DNA from: Enoplolaimus lenunculus
Taxonomy: Eukaryota
Reading direction: 5' to 3'
Length of the DNA stretch: 64,000 bases
NCBI GenBank assembly: GCA_030248215.1
Contig: JASANG010000753.1
Location: forward strand, 62,001-126,000
A program made the translations under genes and the position numbers. Positions within the stretch are counted from its first letter, which is position 1. The number at the start of each line of letters is the position of its first letter. The notes under the pieces are model-generated. The model did no database searches and was not told the DNA's origin. It was given only the letters and a program-made list of their open reading frames with translations. Shown here one piece after another: positions 39,176 through 52,800 of the stretch.

Positions 39176-42100
39176 CTGACAATCGAATCAAAATCACAGT
39201 GAGTTAAAATTTACATTAGATACTAAAATTACGTTTGGCTTCTGGCTCACGAGGTTATACACAGTTCAGGTCACACCCGTAGCCAGCTCAACATGCTAGG
39301 GGGGTGGGGCTAAAAAATTTTCAGGAGGGACATACAAGAGTTTTCGTTGACTTACAAGCAAAATTGAAATCTTTCTAAGGGGGGCCAAAATTTTTTCACG
39401 GAGGGAGCCTAAGCCCCCCTCTTACGAGTTTAAGTTTGCAGAAATTGCATCTGCGGATATGTGGCGTTGCGTGCAGGCAGACTCCAGAATGAAGGTTTGC
39501 ACTGAAGTTAAGGCAGTCGTGTCAGGCTTTTGGGTCGCGATATTTTCCCTCAAATCGTGTTTTGGTGGCGAACCATTTGACCATTGCCGGTTACTCAACC
39601 CGCAAAAAATTATACAGCCTTAATGAGAAATTAGAAACAACGAGCAACGGTCAACCATAGATTCTCCGACCAAAACATATTGAAAACATAATAAGCATTA
39701 TTACTTTGTCGAACTATCTTATACTTAAGTCCAAAGTGTCAACAGCCACTAATTGCCGTATATTTGACACTTTTAGATTTCACAGCTTCGGCAAGTTTTA
39801 AAATCAAAGTTTATAAATACCTCAACCTCAATAACTCAAACAATAATGTTATACTTAATTTGGGAATTTTTGCTAAATATAACAATTTTGCAAAACTATT
39901 TTTGTTTCAGCTAAAAGCTCACATAGCTAGGCGTTTTAACCGTATTTTCGGCTACTTGTGTGAGAAAATACAGGGTTGTCCCGGGGAAAAAATTTCACAA
40001 ATTTGCCGCCGAGCCTGATATATTTCCTCGAAAACAAATGACATTATTTGAAATTTATTATTTGAACATACGTCATTTATTTTAAATCACCCGTTGATGA
40101 TTCAGATACTGAGATATTTTCTCAAAATTGAGTCATTTTATGGCTTTTTTGATGCGTAATTAAAACGCTTTTTTAATGTTTTAAATGTCAGTGAAACAGA
40201 AACTTTGAAAATAAAACAACAACTTCGTACATATGCCGTACGCCAATCTGGTATTCAGGCCAATTACCTATTGGTCTAGGCGAATGTGCTATTCGGAGCA
40301 AATAGCAAATTGGCCTAGGCTAAAAAGCGATTGTAAGATGTAGCAAAACGACAGTGACGTAAAACTAACGCTGATTGGTTAACGGTGATGCGTCTGTCAA
40401 AATAATCAAATCTGATTGGTCTATAAGTTTAATAGCAATTTAGCCTAGGCGAAACTGCTATTACGCATAAATAACCAATAGGCCGAGGCCAATAGGCAAT
40501 TGGCCTGAATAGCAAATTAGCCTACGACAGATATATCACAGTTTTTGTCGAAATTTCTCAAAGCAAAGCTCTCAAAATTCGGCAATACTTTTTCCCGCAA
40601 CCCACATTTTTCCCATACGTTACTTAATAACCATGGCGTCTGTAGAAAACTATATTTGACGGAGCGTCAAATAATTTTGGGGGGGGGGGGGCGCCTACAA
40701 CTACAATTCAAGATTTGCTACTTTTAGACTGAGTCTATTTGGGAGGCACCAGCCTAGGGGAGTGGGGGTACACCCCCCAATGCCCCTCGTGGACACGCCT
40801 TTGGTTAATAAGCTTCGTTCGTCGAAGTGCTTCCTCTACTAATAATTCCAGGTTGCGCAACTGGCGAAATTTTCGGTTTCAATACATGCCCCTTTCTGAA
40901 AAGATTGCAAAATTTTCAGCGCGCCAGGGAGGGTGGGGAATGCATCGTCCATCTTCCACTGGATCCGCCACTGATGGCATGGGTGGCCCACATTAGATTT
41001 GCCAGTCACTAGCACCACACGGCCCTAACGCTTCCTACATCCAATGTATAAAACACGGTTGTAAACAGTAGTACAAACATAATACTAAGCCTAAGCCTAA
41101 GTGTAAGAATGAACGTATACATAACCCAAACACTAAGCACAAACCTAAACAAAAAATTAGCCTTCGACTTTGAATATTTTGCTGTTCGTAATCCGTACAA
41201 ATTCTGCCGAACAAAATATTATCAATAAACATCCTTCAAGCCTAAGCGTAAGAATGAGCTTACACGTTAGCCTTAGACTAAGCCCAAGCCTAACCAAAAA
41301 ATTAGCCTCCGACTTTGAATATTTTGCTGTTCATAACGCGTACAAGTTCCGTTTACAAAATATTGACTGCAAACTTAACTCCCACTGTCCTCTCAAGTAC
41401 TTTCAATATTCGTTCGTCCTAAAATCTACAAAACGAAAAAAACAGCGGCATTTCTGCTATAAATTGAAAATATTTTTGTCACACAGAGTTCGCAACGAAA
41501 CTATACCCCTCACATATTCAAAATTGCGTTTTCACTTAAACACGTCCCTAGAGAAACGCCTAAGGGTGGGTCATTCACCGTATCTTCGATGTGTTTTCAT
41601 TTCCTGTCAGGCAAAAACTCTGCTGCCCCATCGAATCGTCTGGAATGATTGAGCTACTCAATTTTAATAACCAATATTTTAGTCGTTTTTTTTCAGTGCA
41701 GGAACCCACCAATCAAAATCGCTCGATATGCCACTGCAGTTTCGTTTGCAGAGTAAAATTGCACAAATCCGCTATACACAGAATGCAGTTATATTATAAC
41801 TTTACGCGTCCACTCAAACAACTACAGCAATATACACCTTGCAAATATTGCAAGTAGTCCATGATGAGGTTTGGGAATTTACACAAAATTTAAATGTATC
41901 AACGTGTAGTGGTGGATCCAAAATGGAAGGGTTCAACGTGTGATCCCAGATACTCGTGGATCCAGAAACTTATGACGGGGGCGGCGGTCTGCTAAAATTT
42001 TTGAAATGCAATTTTTTTCTGTATTCTATGTATGTGCCAATATTCGGATGCGAAGAAATTGTAAGGCAGAAACCTTATCATTTTATCACAAACCATTGCC

Positions 42101-43867
42101 TGATGATACGGCGTACGTCTCCTGGCCATCCTTTGGATCCGCGAACGCAGCCGGGGGGTTGCCTTCGGTGACGGTAACACTGCTTTGAGCTCCAGAGTCA
42201 CTGCCGGGTTAACAATTTTCTCACGGGAGGAGACACAAAATATAATAGTGAAAAAGAACACCCAGAGAAACGAGGGACAAACCGAACGCAATTTGAGCAC
42301 TAAATCTTAACACAATGGTTTGGATTTTATTCTCCGTTGCGTGAAGGCTTATGGTCTGGGTACCCCACCTTTGATGTGCCAGGGCGGGTAGCGATTTCTT
42401 AGCGAGTTCACATCTCCATGCTCACGTTAGCACTTTTATTGGCACATCGTAGCGGCACCGTGCATTTATAATATATCTTAGAAGAACCCAAACATTAGTG
42501 AATCCACAGAAGTGTGCGGGGAGGCGTGACCCCCGGTCAGAAAATTGTGATAAAATGGTATCTACATTGTAATTCTCCCCTAGAAAAGTGGAAGCCCCTG
42601 ATCTATACATGGGCCGAAATTTGGAACACACGTACAATAAAAATTGCGTTTCATAGCTTTTGCCAGCTCGGCCCTCTGTCAGAAATTTCTGGATGAGCAG
42701 CTGGACCGGTCTACAACTTTTTCGGCACCCTCAAATAATCGAGACGGATGTTACATCCTGCCTCGTGCCGAAATCGCACAAAAACCCATTTAAATGAAAT
42801 TTTTTGCCAATAGAACACATAGCTAGCAAAAATTTAGACACAAAATTATAAACCAGTTAAATACCCAAAAATCCAAAATTCTATACAAGTCATCTCGTAC
42901 TGAAACCAAACATTAAGACCGTTTAATACTTCATTGCCATAGAAAATAGCGTAAATTTATTGTATATTAAAACTGTGATACGCACATGCCCACGCTATGC
43001 TACAGTATGAGATGACATGAATAAAGTTTGGAATAATGAATTTTGGCCAGTGTACCTACAGAACAGGGCAGTATTATAGTATAAGCATATTCGTAAGCCT
43101 AAACCTAAAAGCGCAAGAAAGAGCTTATACCAAAGCCTAAGCATAAGCAAAAAAATTTGTCTGAAGCTTAAGCTTTACTTCACTGCAGCTCCACGGAAAA
43201 ACGTTCCGTCGCTAATCTTTTACACGAGCCAGAATTTTTAACTTGTAGATTCCATGTATGAGCTTATACCTAAGCCTAAGCCTAAACAAAAAATTTAGTC
43301 TAAAGCTTAAGTTTTACTCTATTGCAGTCCCGCAGAAAAACGTTCCGTCGCTAATCATTACACGAGCCACAATTTTTAACTTGTAAATTCCATGTATGAG
43401 CTTATACCTTAGCCTAACCCTAAACCAAAAAAAATTAGCCTAAAGCTATAAGCTCAAGGATTTCTGATGAAAATAATAATGCTTAATATATTATTTAGCA
43501 TTGGATCAAAATTTCGGCCAATGTAAAGAACAGGGGCGGAACAGTATAAAAGTATATTGCTAAGCCTAAAGCCTAAGCCTAAGCGTTGCAAAAATGTGTT
43601 CCTAAGCCGAATCCTAAACGTTGCAAAAATGTGTTCCTAAGCCTAAGCCTAAGCCGAAGTTATGTGTCGGAATTTTGAAACTTTGAAATGACATTATTTT
43701 CTGCTAAAATGAAAGTTTTACTACGCACTGACAGTTATGTTTATACCTAATACTGTTCTGCCCCTATTCTTTACATTGGCCAAATTAGAAGCAACGGTTT
43801 TCAGAGTCGCGCAACTCAATGGTCAACAATTAAAACGTTTTTTGTGTTGTTCGTTGTTCGCGAGTCG

Positions 43868-46800
43868 TCAACGTTTCGTTCCGCCAACCTTTTGAATTGC
43901 TGAGTACTGGAAACAAGAACTTAATGTCAAATGTTAAGAACAGGGGCGGAACAGTATTATACGCATATTCTTGAGCCTAAGCCTGAGCCTAAACCTAAGC
44001 GTAAGAATGAGCATATTCCTAAGCCTAAGCCTGAGCCTAAACCTAAGCGTAAGAATGAGCATATTCCTAAGCCTAAGCCTAAACGTAAGCCTAAACCAAG
44101 CAACAAAATTAGTCTAAAGCTTAAGCTTACTCTATTGCAGTCCCACAGAAAAACGTTCCGCCCCTGATCTTTACATGGGCCAACTTAATCAAGCATCAAA
44201 TTTGAAAGAATTTTGTACTGTTTTCCTGCCTCTGGTTAAAAAGGTTGCAATATTTGTGAGACTAAAACATCTTAGCACAAGGCATTAACGTTCATTAGCT
44301 AGACTAAATTTTTTGCTTAGGCTTAGGTATAAGCTCATTTTTATGGTTTAGGCTTACGCTTAAAAATATACTATACTACTGTTTCAGATCTGGTTTATAG
44401 ACTGGCTTCTATATCGTTTTGGACTTCTATCATTTGATTCACATACCAAAATATAAGCGCAAAAATTATAGCTGGAACAATGCCCAAATTACGTATCATG
44501 AGCGGTTCAGGTCTGTGAATAAAAGCCATGGTCAACGATTCTTGTCAATATTTAAGTCAGAAGGTAACCAATGACTTAAAGCTATTATGGTTTTCTGTAT
44601 GTACAGGTAAATGTGCAATATATCTCATCTAAAAGTTATTTCTGAACGTCAATACATTTATACCTCAGTTTCGGCCAATGTTACTTTAAGGGGCGTATCA
44701 ACCGTATTCCTAAGCCTAAACGTAAGTGTTGCAATAATGTGTTCCTAAGCCTAAGCCTAAGCCTAAGCCTACACCTAAACAAAAATATGTAATCTAGATC
44801 CTAAATTACTCTTTTATGGACCCACCGGGAACCTGGACGCCCCACAAAGTAAACATGGGCCGCAATTTCTGACAGGAAAGCGGATGACCGTAACATATTT
44901 GAGGTAAATAGCCGGTTGCTCGTACGTTTTCCTCGACAGAAGCCTAAGTACCTTACCAAAGCGGGCCCGTAGCCAAGGGGGGCCAGGGGGGCCCAGCTCC
45001 CCTCTGGAAAAAATCGTGGCCCTCATCAGAAAATTTTCAACGTTTCTTGTAACTCATTGAAAACACTTGAATGCCCGTCCTGGAAATGTTTTTAGTCCCC
45101 TAACAAGGCGAGCTGGCTTCGGGCCTGTTTCAAAGCCTAATCCTAAGCCTAAACCTATAAAGCGTAATCCCAAGTTTTTACGCCAATAGTAGAAAGATTT
45201 GAAAGCTAAGTGCATGCTGCTAAACAGCCGGTGTGGCTAAAAAATCGGCTTAATTGTATAATCGTTTACCTGTCCTGAGGTTTGTTCATAATAAACCTGT
45301 ACCGGACTGGTGTGTGTGTCGTCGTCAAACTTTGCAGTTACGCTTTGTTCTTCAACTGGTTCAATTAAAATTACTGGTTGATGAATAACCTGAAAGTTTA
45401 ATTGGCAAATCCTAAGATTGCTATTGGTCAGATCCGTTGATCACCTTGCTATGGAAGTTAAAAAAAATTTTAAGAGGGGCGCATAAGGGATTCCGATTCA
45501 ACTTTACAAGCGAGATTGAAATTTTTCCTGAGGGAATGAAATTTTTCTAGGAGAGTTGAACTCTCACCCTGACCCCTTCTAGCTACAACTCGTAGGGGCC
45601 TTTTAAATCGACCGTCTGAAGTAAATACGAAAATATGCAAATTTGGTGCGCTCAACTATTCAATAAAGCGGTGCTGCCACCCAGGCATACCTGCGACAAA
45701 GGTACACTGCAAAAAAATGGTGAATCAAATTGACCCTCTCTGAAATAGGCCTTTCCTATTTCGGAGATAGTCAAGTTGACTCACAATTTTTTGCAGTGTA
45801 TTATACAACAAATGTTTTTGTGTTATTGTTTAACACTAAAATTGCGTTTGGCTTGTCATTCGTTTCGTTCGCGAACTGATGTAGTACGGCATATTGTGCA
45901 CTGCAAAAATTGAAACAAATCTACTCTCTCCGAAGTAGGCTATACGGGACTATAAAACACAACCTGAGTTAAATTCGACTGCGCCAGAGTCACACGTGCA
46001 ACTGAGTGAGTCGAATTTGACTCTGGCGGAGTTGAATTTGACTCCGTTTGTGTAGTCGCGCAAAGTCTTTTTCGGAGAGAGCAAATTTGATTCACCATTT
46101 TTTGCAGTGTGCGAACCTCTCCGTCCAAAATTTCTGTAACCACCATTGATGTCCCTATTATACTTAAATTATTTGAATTAAACGATACACAGCTTTATAC
46201 ACACACTGCAAAAAATGTTGAGTCAAATTGACACTCTCCGACATAGAGCCAAACGCGCCATTCAGTGAGTCGAACTTGAGTCTGGCGGAGTCGAATTTAA
46301 CTCAGTTTGTGTAGTCCTGTAGAACCTATTTCGGAGAGAATAAATTTGACTCACCATTATTTGCAGTGCATCGAAATACTAATAATTATTCTGGTAGTGA
46401 ATTAATCTAAACTTTGACAAACTTTCTAAAAATCATTTTCTTTAAAATTGTGTTGGCAGAAAAATAAAACATCATTTAAACAAATATGCTTTAACGTCCG
46501 TTTTCCGCTTTTGTTTCCGTCATTTTGATCACTGTCCGTTTTCGTTTTATACTATCCGTTTACACCCTGACTGTTGCGTCTTGTGAATTTAAATTCAAAT
46601 TGAATAAAAAGCATTTAAAACATCCTTGCATACTTCTTCAGACATTTGTCGGCTGAGCTCTTTGTATTCAGTTGTAGGAGTATCTGGAGGCAAGTAAATG
46701 ACATTGGGTGCCGGTGTCTAAAATAAAACCAACTTTTATCAGCACCATCCTAAGCGTCGTGCCTTTTGCCAGAAACCAGGTTTTATAAAACTGTACAGCA

Positions 46801-49800
46801 AAAAATGGTGAGTCAAATTGACTCTCTCCGATGTGGTGTGTTTTTAATAAATTGTAACAAACATTTTTAATTCAACACAACCAAAATTAATTTTTAATTT
46901 TTTATTCAAACGTTTGCTCTATTCTTCTTGTAGAATCTCATTTTCTTTACACTACCCCTTCCGTTTTAAAGAACAGTCATATGTATTTCACCAGGACTTT
47001 CGGACTAAAAGTAATAGCGGAATGACGTCCTTTCTTTAATTTACTGTTACTGTTAATATAACATGTTGCTAATTTCATTGCATTTGATAAACCAACATGT
47101 TTAGCATGGTGATCGGTGTAAAATGGCTTTAATTTGTCATAGTTTACCCAAGCAAACTTGTTGCTTCCGAAAAATTGAACTGCAACAGAATTTTGGTTAT
47201 GCTTTACATTTTGAAGAACATTGATATCATTACTAATAATTTTCGCTGGCCAGTATGGGTATTTAGGAAATTTTGCTAAGACAACGTCGCCTACTGACGC
47301 TTTTAGCAAAAATGATAAATCAGGCACGTTACTGTCTTGGTCTTGATCAAAAGTCGTTGAATTATCAGCTTGATCAAAAATATACGCTGGCTTAGCTCGA
47401 TCAATTGAAATTTTTTCAATATTGCCATTGATATTAACTGTCACAGTTTTTGAATCACGACCTAACACTTGAAAAGGTCCATTGTAACGATTACTTAATG
47501 TAGACTTAGGAGCAGGATTAAGTATCCAAATGCTTTTGCTAATTGTCATATCTTTCGGAATGAATTTATGAAACGGATGGCATCGTTGTGGAGCACGAAA
47601 ATTGTCGATCGTTTTTGATAAATAGTCAAAAGTGTATGCGTCGTTCGATGAATGGTGATTACATGGCATTAAAAACTGGCTTGGAAGATCAATGCTGGAA
47701 CCATATACAAGCATTGATGGGCTAAAACCCTCTGAATTAACAGCCATTCGTAACCCTAGTAGAATCATAGGTAGGGATTCAAACCAGCTACGATATGAAC
47801 AATGCGCGCGCAGTGCTGTTTTTAGAGTTCGATTGAATCTTTCAATAGCTCCGTTGCATGCAGGATGATACGATGTTGTCCGCTTACGTTGTATACCAAA
47901 GTATTGCATTAAATTCGCCCACAATGTGGATTCAAATTGGGAACCGCGATCAGTTATGATCGTACGTGGAATACCGAATCGCGATATCCACTGTTGTATA
48001 AGTGCATCGGCTACTGTTTCTGCAGATGTTTCAGAACATGGTATTACTTCAATCCACCGCGTGAAGCGGTCAATTATTGTAATTAAATACTTGTTTCCAC
48101 GAGACGGCGGCAGCGGGCCAACAATATCAATATGTATCGTGTGAAACCGCCCTGTAGTTGGAATCTGACCCGTCGGACTTTTAGTATGACGGTTAATTTT
48201 ACATTTTTGACACGTTTGGCAATATTTAGCCCACAATCTAATATCTTTATTCATTCCTGGCCAAATATATCGTTCCGCAATTGTACGTAATGTGGAATTT
48301 GGACCAGGATGGGCTAGGTTGTGAATTTGGTCAAAAATTAATTTGCGTTGTTTCGTAGGAATATATGGTCGTAGCTGAGGTTTGCTAGCGTCACAATAAA
48401 CAATGCTATCACCGATTTTAACATGTTTAATCGGGATGCTAGTTTGTTCGAAATATTTTATAAGACTATTATCTTGTTTTTGTTCCTCGGCTAATGTTTT
48501 ATCGAACATAGTTGAAATCGCAGCTATCGGGCGCGATAAAGTATCTGCAATTACGTTGTTGGAACCTGATATGTGTTTTATTTCACAACCAAATTCAGAA
48601 ATGTAGGACAGCCATCTCGATTGCTGGGGTGTTGGATTAGACATCTGTAGCGCTTTGAGTAAAGGCTTATGATCTGTTTGAATTGAAAGTTTGGAGCCAA
48701 GTAACCAATTGAAATGTTTCAAGCTTAGATAAATTGCTAAAAGTTCTCTGTCAAAAGCTGATTTTTTAGTTTCGTTTGGTGAAAATTTTGCAGAAAAGAA
48801 TGCTAATGGTTCACGTTGACCATTAACAATTTGATGTAAAACTGCACCAGCTGCCGTGGACGACGCATCTGTCGTTAATTCTAGTTTTGCGTTGCTGCTA
48901 GGAAAACTAAGTGTTACACAATTGCTTACTGCATTTTTCAATTCATTGAATGATGCAATTTGTTCTTCATTTAGTATAACTTGTTTTTTTGAGTTCTTTT
49001 GAACATTGCGAGTCAGGTCTGTTAACGGCGCCGCGATTTGTGAAAAGTTTTTGACAAACCGGTGATAAAAACCAGCCATTCCTAAGAATCGTTTTATGCC
49101 TGAAACTGTGGTAGGAATTTCCATAGTTTGGATAGCTTTTACTCTGCCCTGTATTGGACGAACGCCATTAGGTGAAATTTCAATTCCGACAAAATTGACT
49201 ATCGCAAAAATATTTACACTTTTCAGGCTTGAGTCGCAAACCTGATTGCTTTAATCGCTCGAATACAGCATCTAGATGCTTATAGTGTTCAATTTCGTTT
49301 GTACTAGCAATTAAAATGTCGTCCATGTATGCCTTAGCGAATGGTAAATCTTGCAAAATTGAGTCCATTAGGCTTTGAAATGTAGCAGATGCATTGCGAA
49401 GGCCAAATGGCATACGTCGATATAAAAATAAACCAAAGGGTGTAGTAATTGCCGTTTTAGGTTGATCTTCTAAAGCTATAGGTATTTGATTGAACGCAGA
49501 TACTAAATCTAATTTTGAGAATAAAGTGCAGTTGCGAAGTGAATTGGTAATGTCAGCAATATTAGGCATTGGATATCTGTCAGGCATTGTTTGTGTATTT
49601 AGTATTCTGTAATCTCCGCATGGTCTCCATGGGCATGACTTATCATTTTTTGGTGCCATATGCAATGGAGATGCCCAAGGAGATTCTCCGCGATAAATAA
49701 CACCTTGCTGTTCAAGTTTTTTAAAAACGGACTTTGCTATTACTAACTTTTCGCCAAATAGTCTGCGCGGTTTAGACCAGCAAGGAGGGCCTTGTGTAAC

Positions 49801-52800
49801 TATATGGTGCACAACGTTATGTGTTATTTCTTGGTTACAAGAAATTGGTTTAAAAATTTCTGCATATTTTGCTGTTAGTTCTAATATCACACGATTGTTA
49901 TTTTTTACCTGCGAATTTTGTTGAATTGTACAAACATACCAAGTGTTATCATTGCGTTCCGTTGAACTTTGACATGGTTGTAAATTTTTATTTGATCCTG
50001 GTACTAAAACTTTCCGTTTGCAGTCGACTAATAAATTGTGATGACTGAGAAAATCGTAACCAAGAATCGGGAATGAAACGTTTGCTATAACAAAATTCCA
50101 CTTGAACGTTTGCGCTAGTGGCATAATTGTGAACGTTATCACTCTGTGGCCGTTTGTTTGTAATTCGCCGCCGTTTGCAGTTTTAAAACGTTCATGTCAC
50201 AGAAATTGGCGCTTTACATCATTGTTACCAAACTGTAATGGTAAAAAACTGCGTTCGCTACCGCTATCTACCAGAAATTTACCAATTTCGGGTGCGGCAA
50301 GAAATATTGTGCTTACTCCGCTGTATGCCGCTACTGAAGCGGAGCGCTTGGGTTTCCCGGTCCGTTGTCTGCAACATTACTTCGATCTATCCAACTACAC
50401 GGAGATACGCATTTACGAGCTTCTTTTCCGAATTTAAAATGGTAAAAACAAAATTTGCCATCGGGATTGTATCGTCTCCGAGTTGTGCTGGAACTGCGCA
50501 ATCTTGAACGTGAACTTCGTTGGTTGTTGTGTTGTGATATACTTCTTGATCTGCTTGTTAATGCACAAACAAGAGCTGAGAGCTCGTTTATTCGTTGGTT
50601 TATTATTTCTAACTGTTTGTTTGTATCAATAGACTGATTCGAATTAATATTGTTCACTTGACTTGAAATTGGAATATGTTCGACAATTTTGTCTGCAGTT
50701 TCTGCTAATTTCTCAAGAGAAACACTATCAAGAGAAACTAAAACAGTTCTAACAGTATCAGGCAAAGATTACCATTGTTAGGCGCTAAGCGATGAGTGAC
50801 GAAAAGGCTGCGGGCGGGGGGCGGCAGCCGGGGTGCTACTTAGTAATTTACGTAACTTTGTTCTTGACTGTCACAGAATGCGCCACATGCAATTTTTAAT
50901 TGTTGCGTAGTCGTCAGATAATTTCGAACCACTGTCGAAAATGACACTTGTGGGAAGGACACGAATTAGACTCTGCTTTTTTACTTCATCGGTACAATTC
51001 ACCATTAATTGTTCAATTTGTTCAAACCAAACAGATGTATCTTTTTCATAAAAGTCTGGCAATTTTAACGGTCTTGTTGTTCTCTGTTAACTCAGAGCCA
51101 CAGTTATTTAATTTTCGAACAATAGTTAAGGCGAGCCTAACCGCAGTTGCATCCATATTTTCTAAATATTCAATAATAAGTCGTTTAGTTTGTGGCATTG
51201 CAAAATCAGGATCGTCCTCACTAAGTGTTTGTAAGACTAATTCTAACGTTTGTTTGCTTAGAGTACGCAAATCTTCTGGACCTGTGTTTAATTCAACGTT
51301 ACCAGACAATATTAATAACCAACGTAGTTGTGTCGCGTGATTTTGCGTCATATTTCCGCATAGCACACGGAAATTTAACAAATCATTTGTAAAAGTTCGT
51401 GAATAATGTTGCTGCAATCTAACTAAAGCTGTTGGTTGTGCAAATCGTAGTGATATCGCCAAAAATCCGCTTGAATACCAAGCGGGGGCGTCAGATTTGT
51501 AAGCACGTTGAGAAGGACTGTTGAACACAATAGCGATAACTGCCATTAGGAATCGTGTCCTAATAACGTTTACGTTTTTTGAAGCATACCTGCGATTAGC
51601 CCTCGACATCACGTCGGGGTCACCAATATGATGTGGTGTGTTTTTAATAAATTGTAACAAACATTTTTAATTCAACACAACCAAAATTAATTTTTAATTT
51701 TTTATTCAAACGTTTGCTCTATTCTTCTTGTAGAATCTCATTTTCTTTACATCCGAAATAGGCTCTACGACACTACACAAACTGAGTCAAATTCGACTCT
51801 GACAGAGTCAATGTCGACTCACTGTGTCGGACGTGTCACTCTAGCGGAGTCGAATTTGACTCAGTTTGTGTAATCCCGTAGAGCCTATTTCGGGGTGAAT
51901 CAATTTGACTCACCATTTTTTGCTGTGTGGGTGATTAACCAAAACATCGGTATGTTTAAATTACGAATCATTTGCGTTATTTATGGATCTTCCACGTTAC
52001 AATGTCTACGTTGAAGTAAAAGGTTCTACGGTATGAAGTCCCTGTTCCTACCTGTCCTAACTGGCCAAAAGACTCATCAGACACAAATTTCAAATACTGA
52101 ACCACTCACTTCCTCACGTATTCGGTCGATTTGATACGGACCAATCCAAGAATGATATTCTGATATTACCGTTGGTCGCCGGTCAGTGTCGGATTCAACT
52201 TGATCGGGGTCATTTTTCGATGAAGATACAGGTCTAAGAATTGCCTTGGTGTTGTAGTGAACTAGTCGTGTTAAACTCGAAACGTCACGATAAATTTGTC
52301 GCCATAGCAAATATGCTGATGCCAAAAATGTTACACCTGTTGAATTGAAACATTTTCCAGTTACACTGTAAAAAAATGGTGAGTCAAATTGACTCCCTCG
52401 GAAATAGGCTTTTCCTGACTACATAAACTGAGTCAAATTCGACTCCACCAGAGTCAAACGTGCGACTCAGTGAATCGAATTTGACTCTGGCGGAGTCGAA
52501 TTCTGACTCAATTTGTGTATTCCCGAAACGCCTATTTGAGAGGGTTAATCTGACTCACCATTTTTTGCAGTGTAGTATTTTCACGAGTGCATGATACAAG
52601 AGTATAAGCCCATGTATAGAAAGAGTATGCAACTGTTGGTAGTCCGCATGACGCAAAATGTACCACCGGTTATTGCGTTTTTGGCTGATATCCATTATTT
52701 AGTGGGGGTCGGTGTCATATGCAACACCCCTCAATTAAACTATAATCAGAGCGTTTTTCACACAGAATTCGCACAGTGCCAATGTTTGCCTAGGTTGTAT

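Larger units (their letters stand above)
46832..51751 (-). mobile_element. Full-length Ty3/Gypsy LTR retrotransposon (Mag-like gag) with PWWP-tailed integrase
   Basis: Two identical 120-bp TG...CA LTRs, TSD TCCGA (46827-46831, 51752-51756), PBS, PPT, gag-PR-RT-RH-IN order; inserted in a CACTG-family MITE (about 46794-51928). Confidence 0.97.

Noticed and set aside
33449..45270. MS4A-annexin fusion protein (phase-0 donor at 45270 is compatible with the phase-0 annexin acceptor at 33449)
   Set aside because: A plausible terminal exon (43868-43906, [12 protein letters not shown]) and a separate ATG exon for annexin A (37672-37734) exist, so two genes are more parsimonious; read-through cannot be excluded without RNA data.
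46952..47060. env-like third ORF in the LTR element
   Set aside because: pol stops 25 bp before the 3' LTR; no room.
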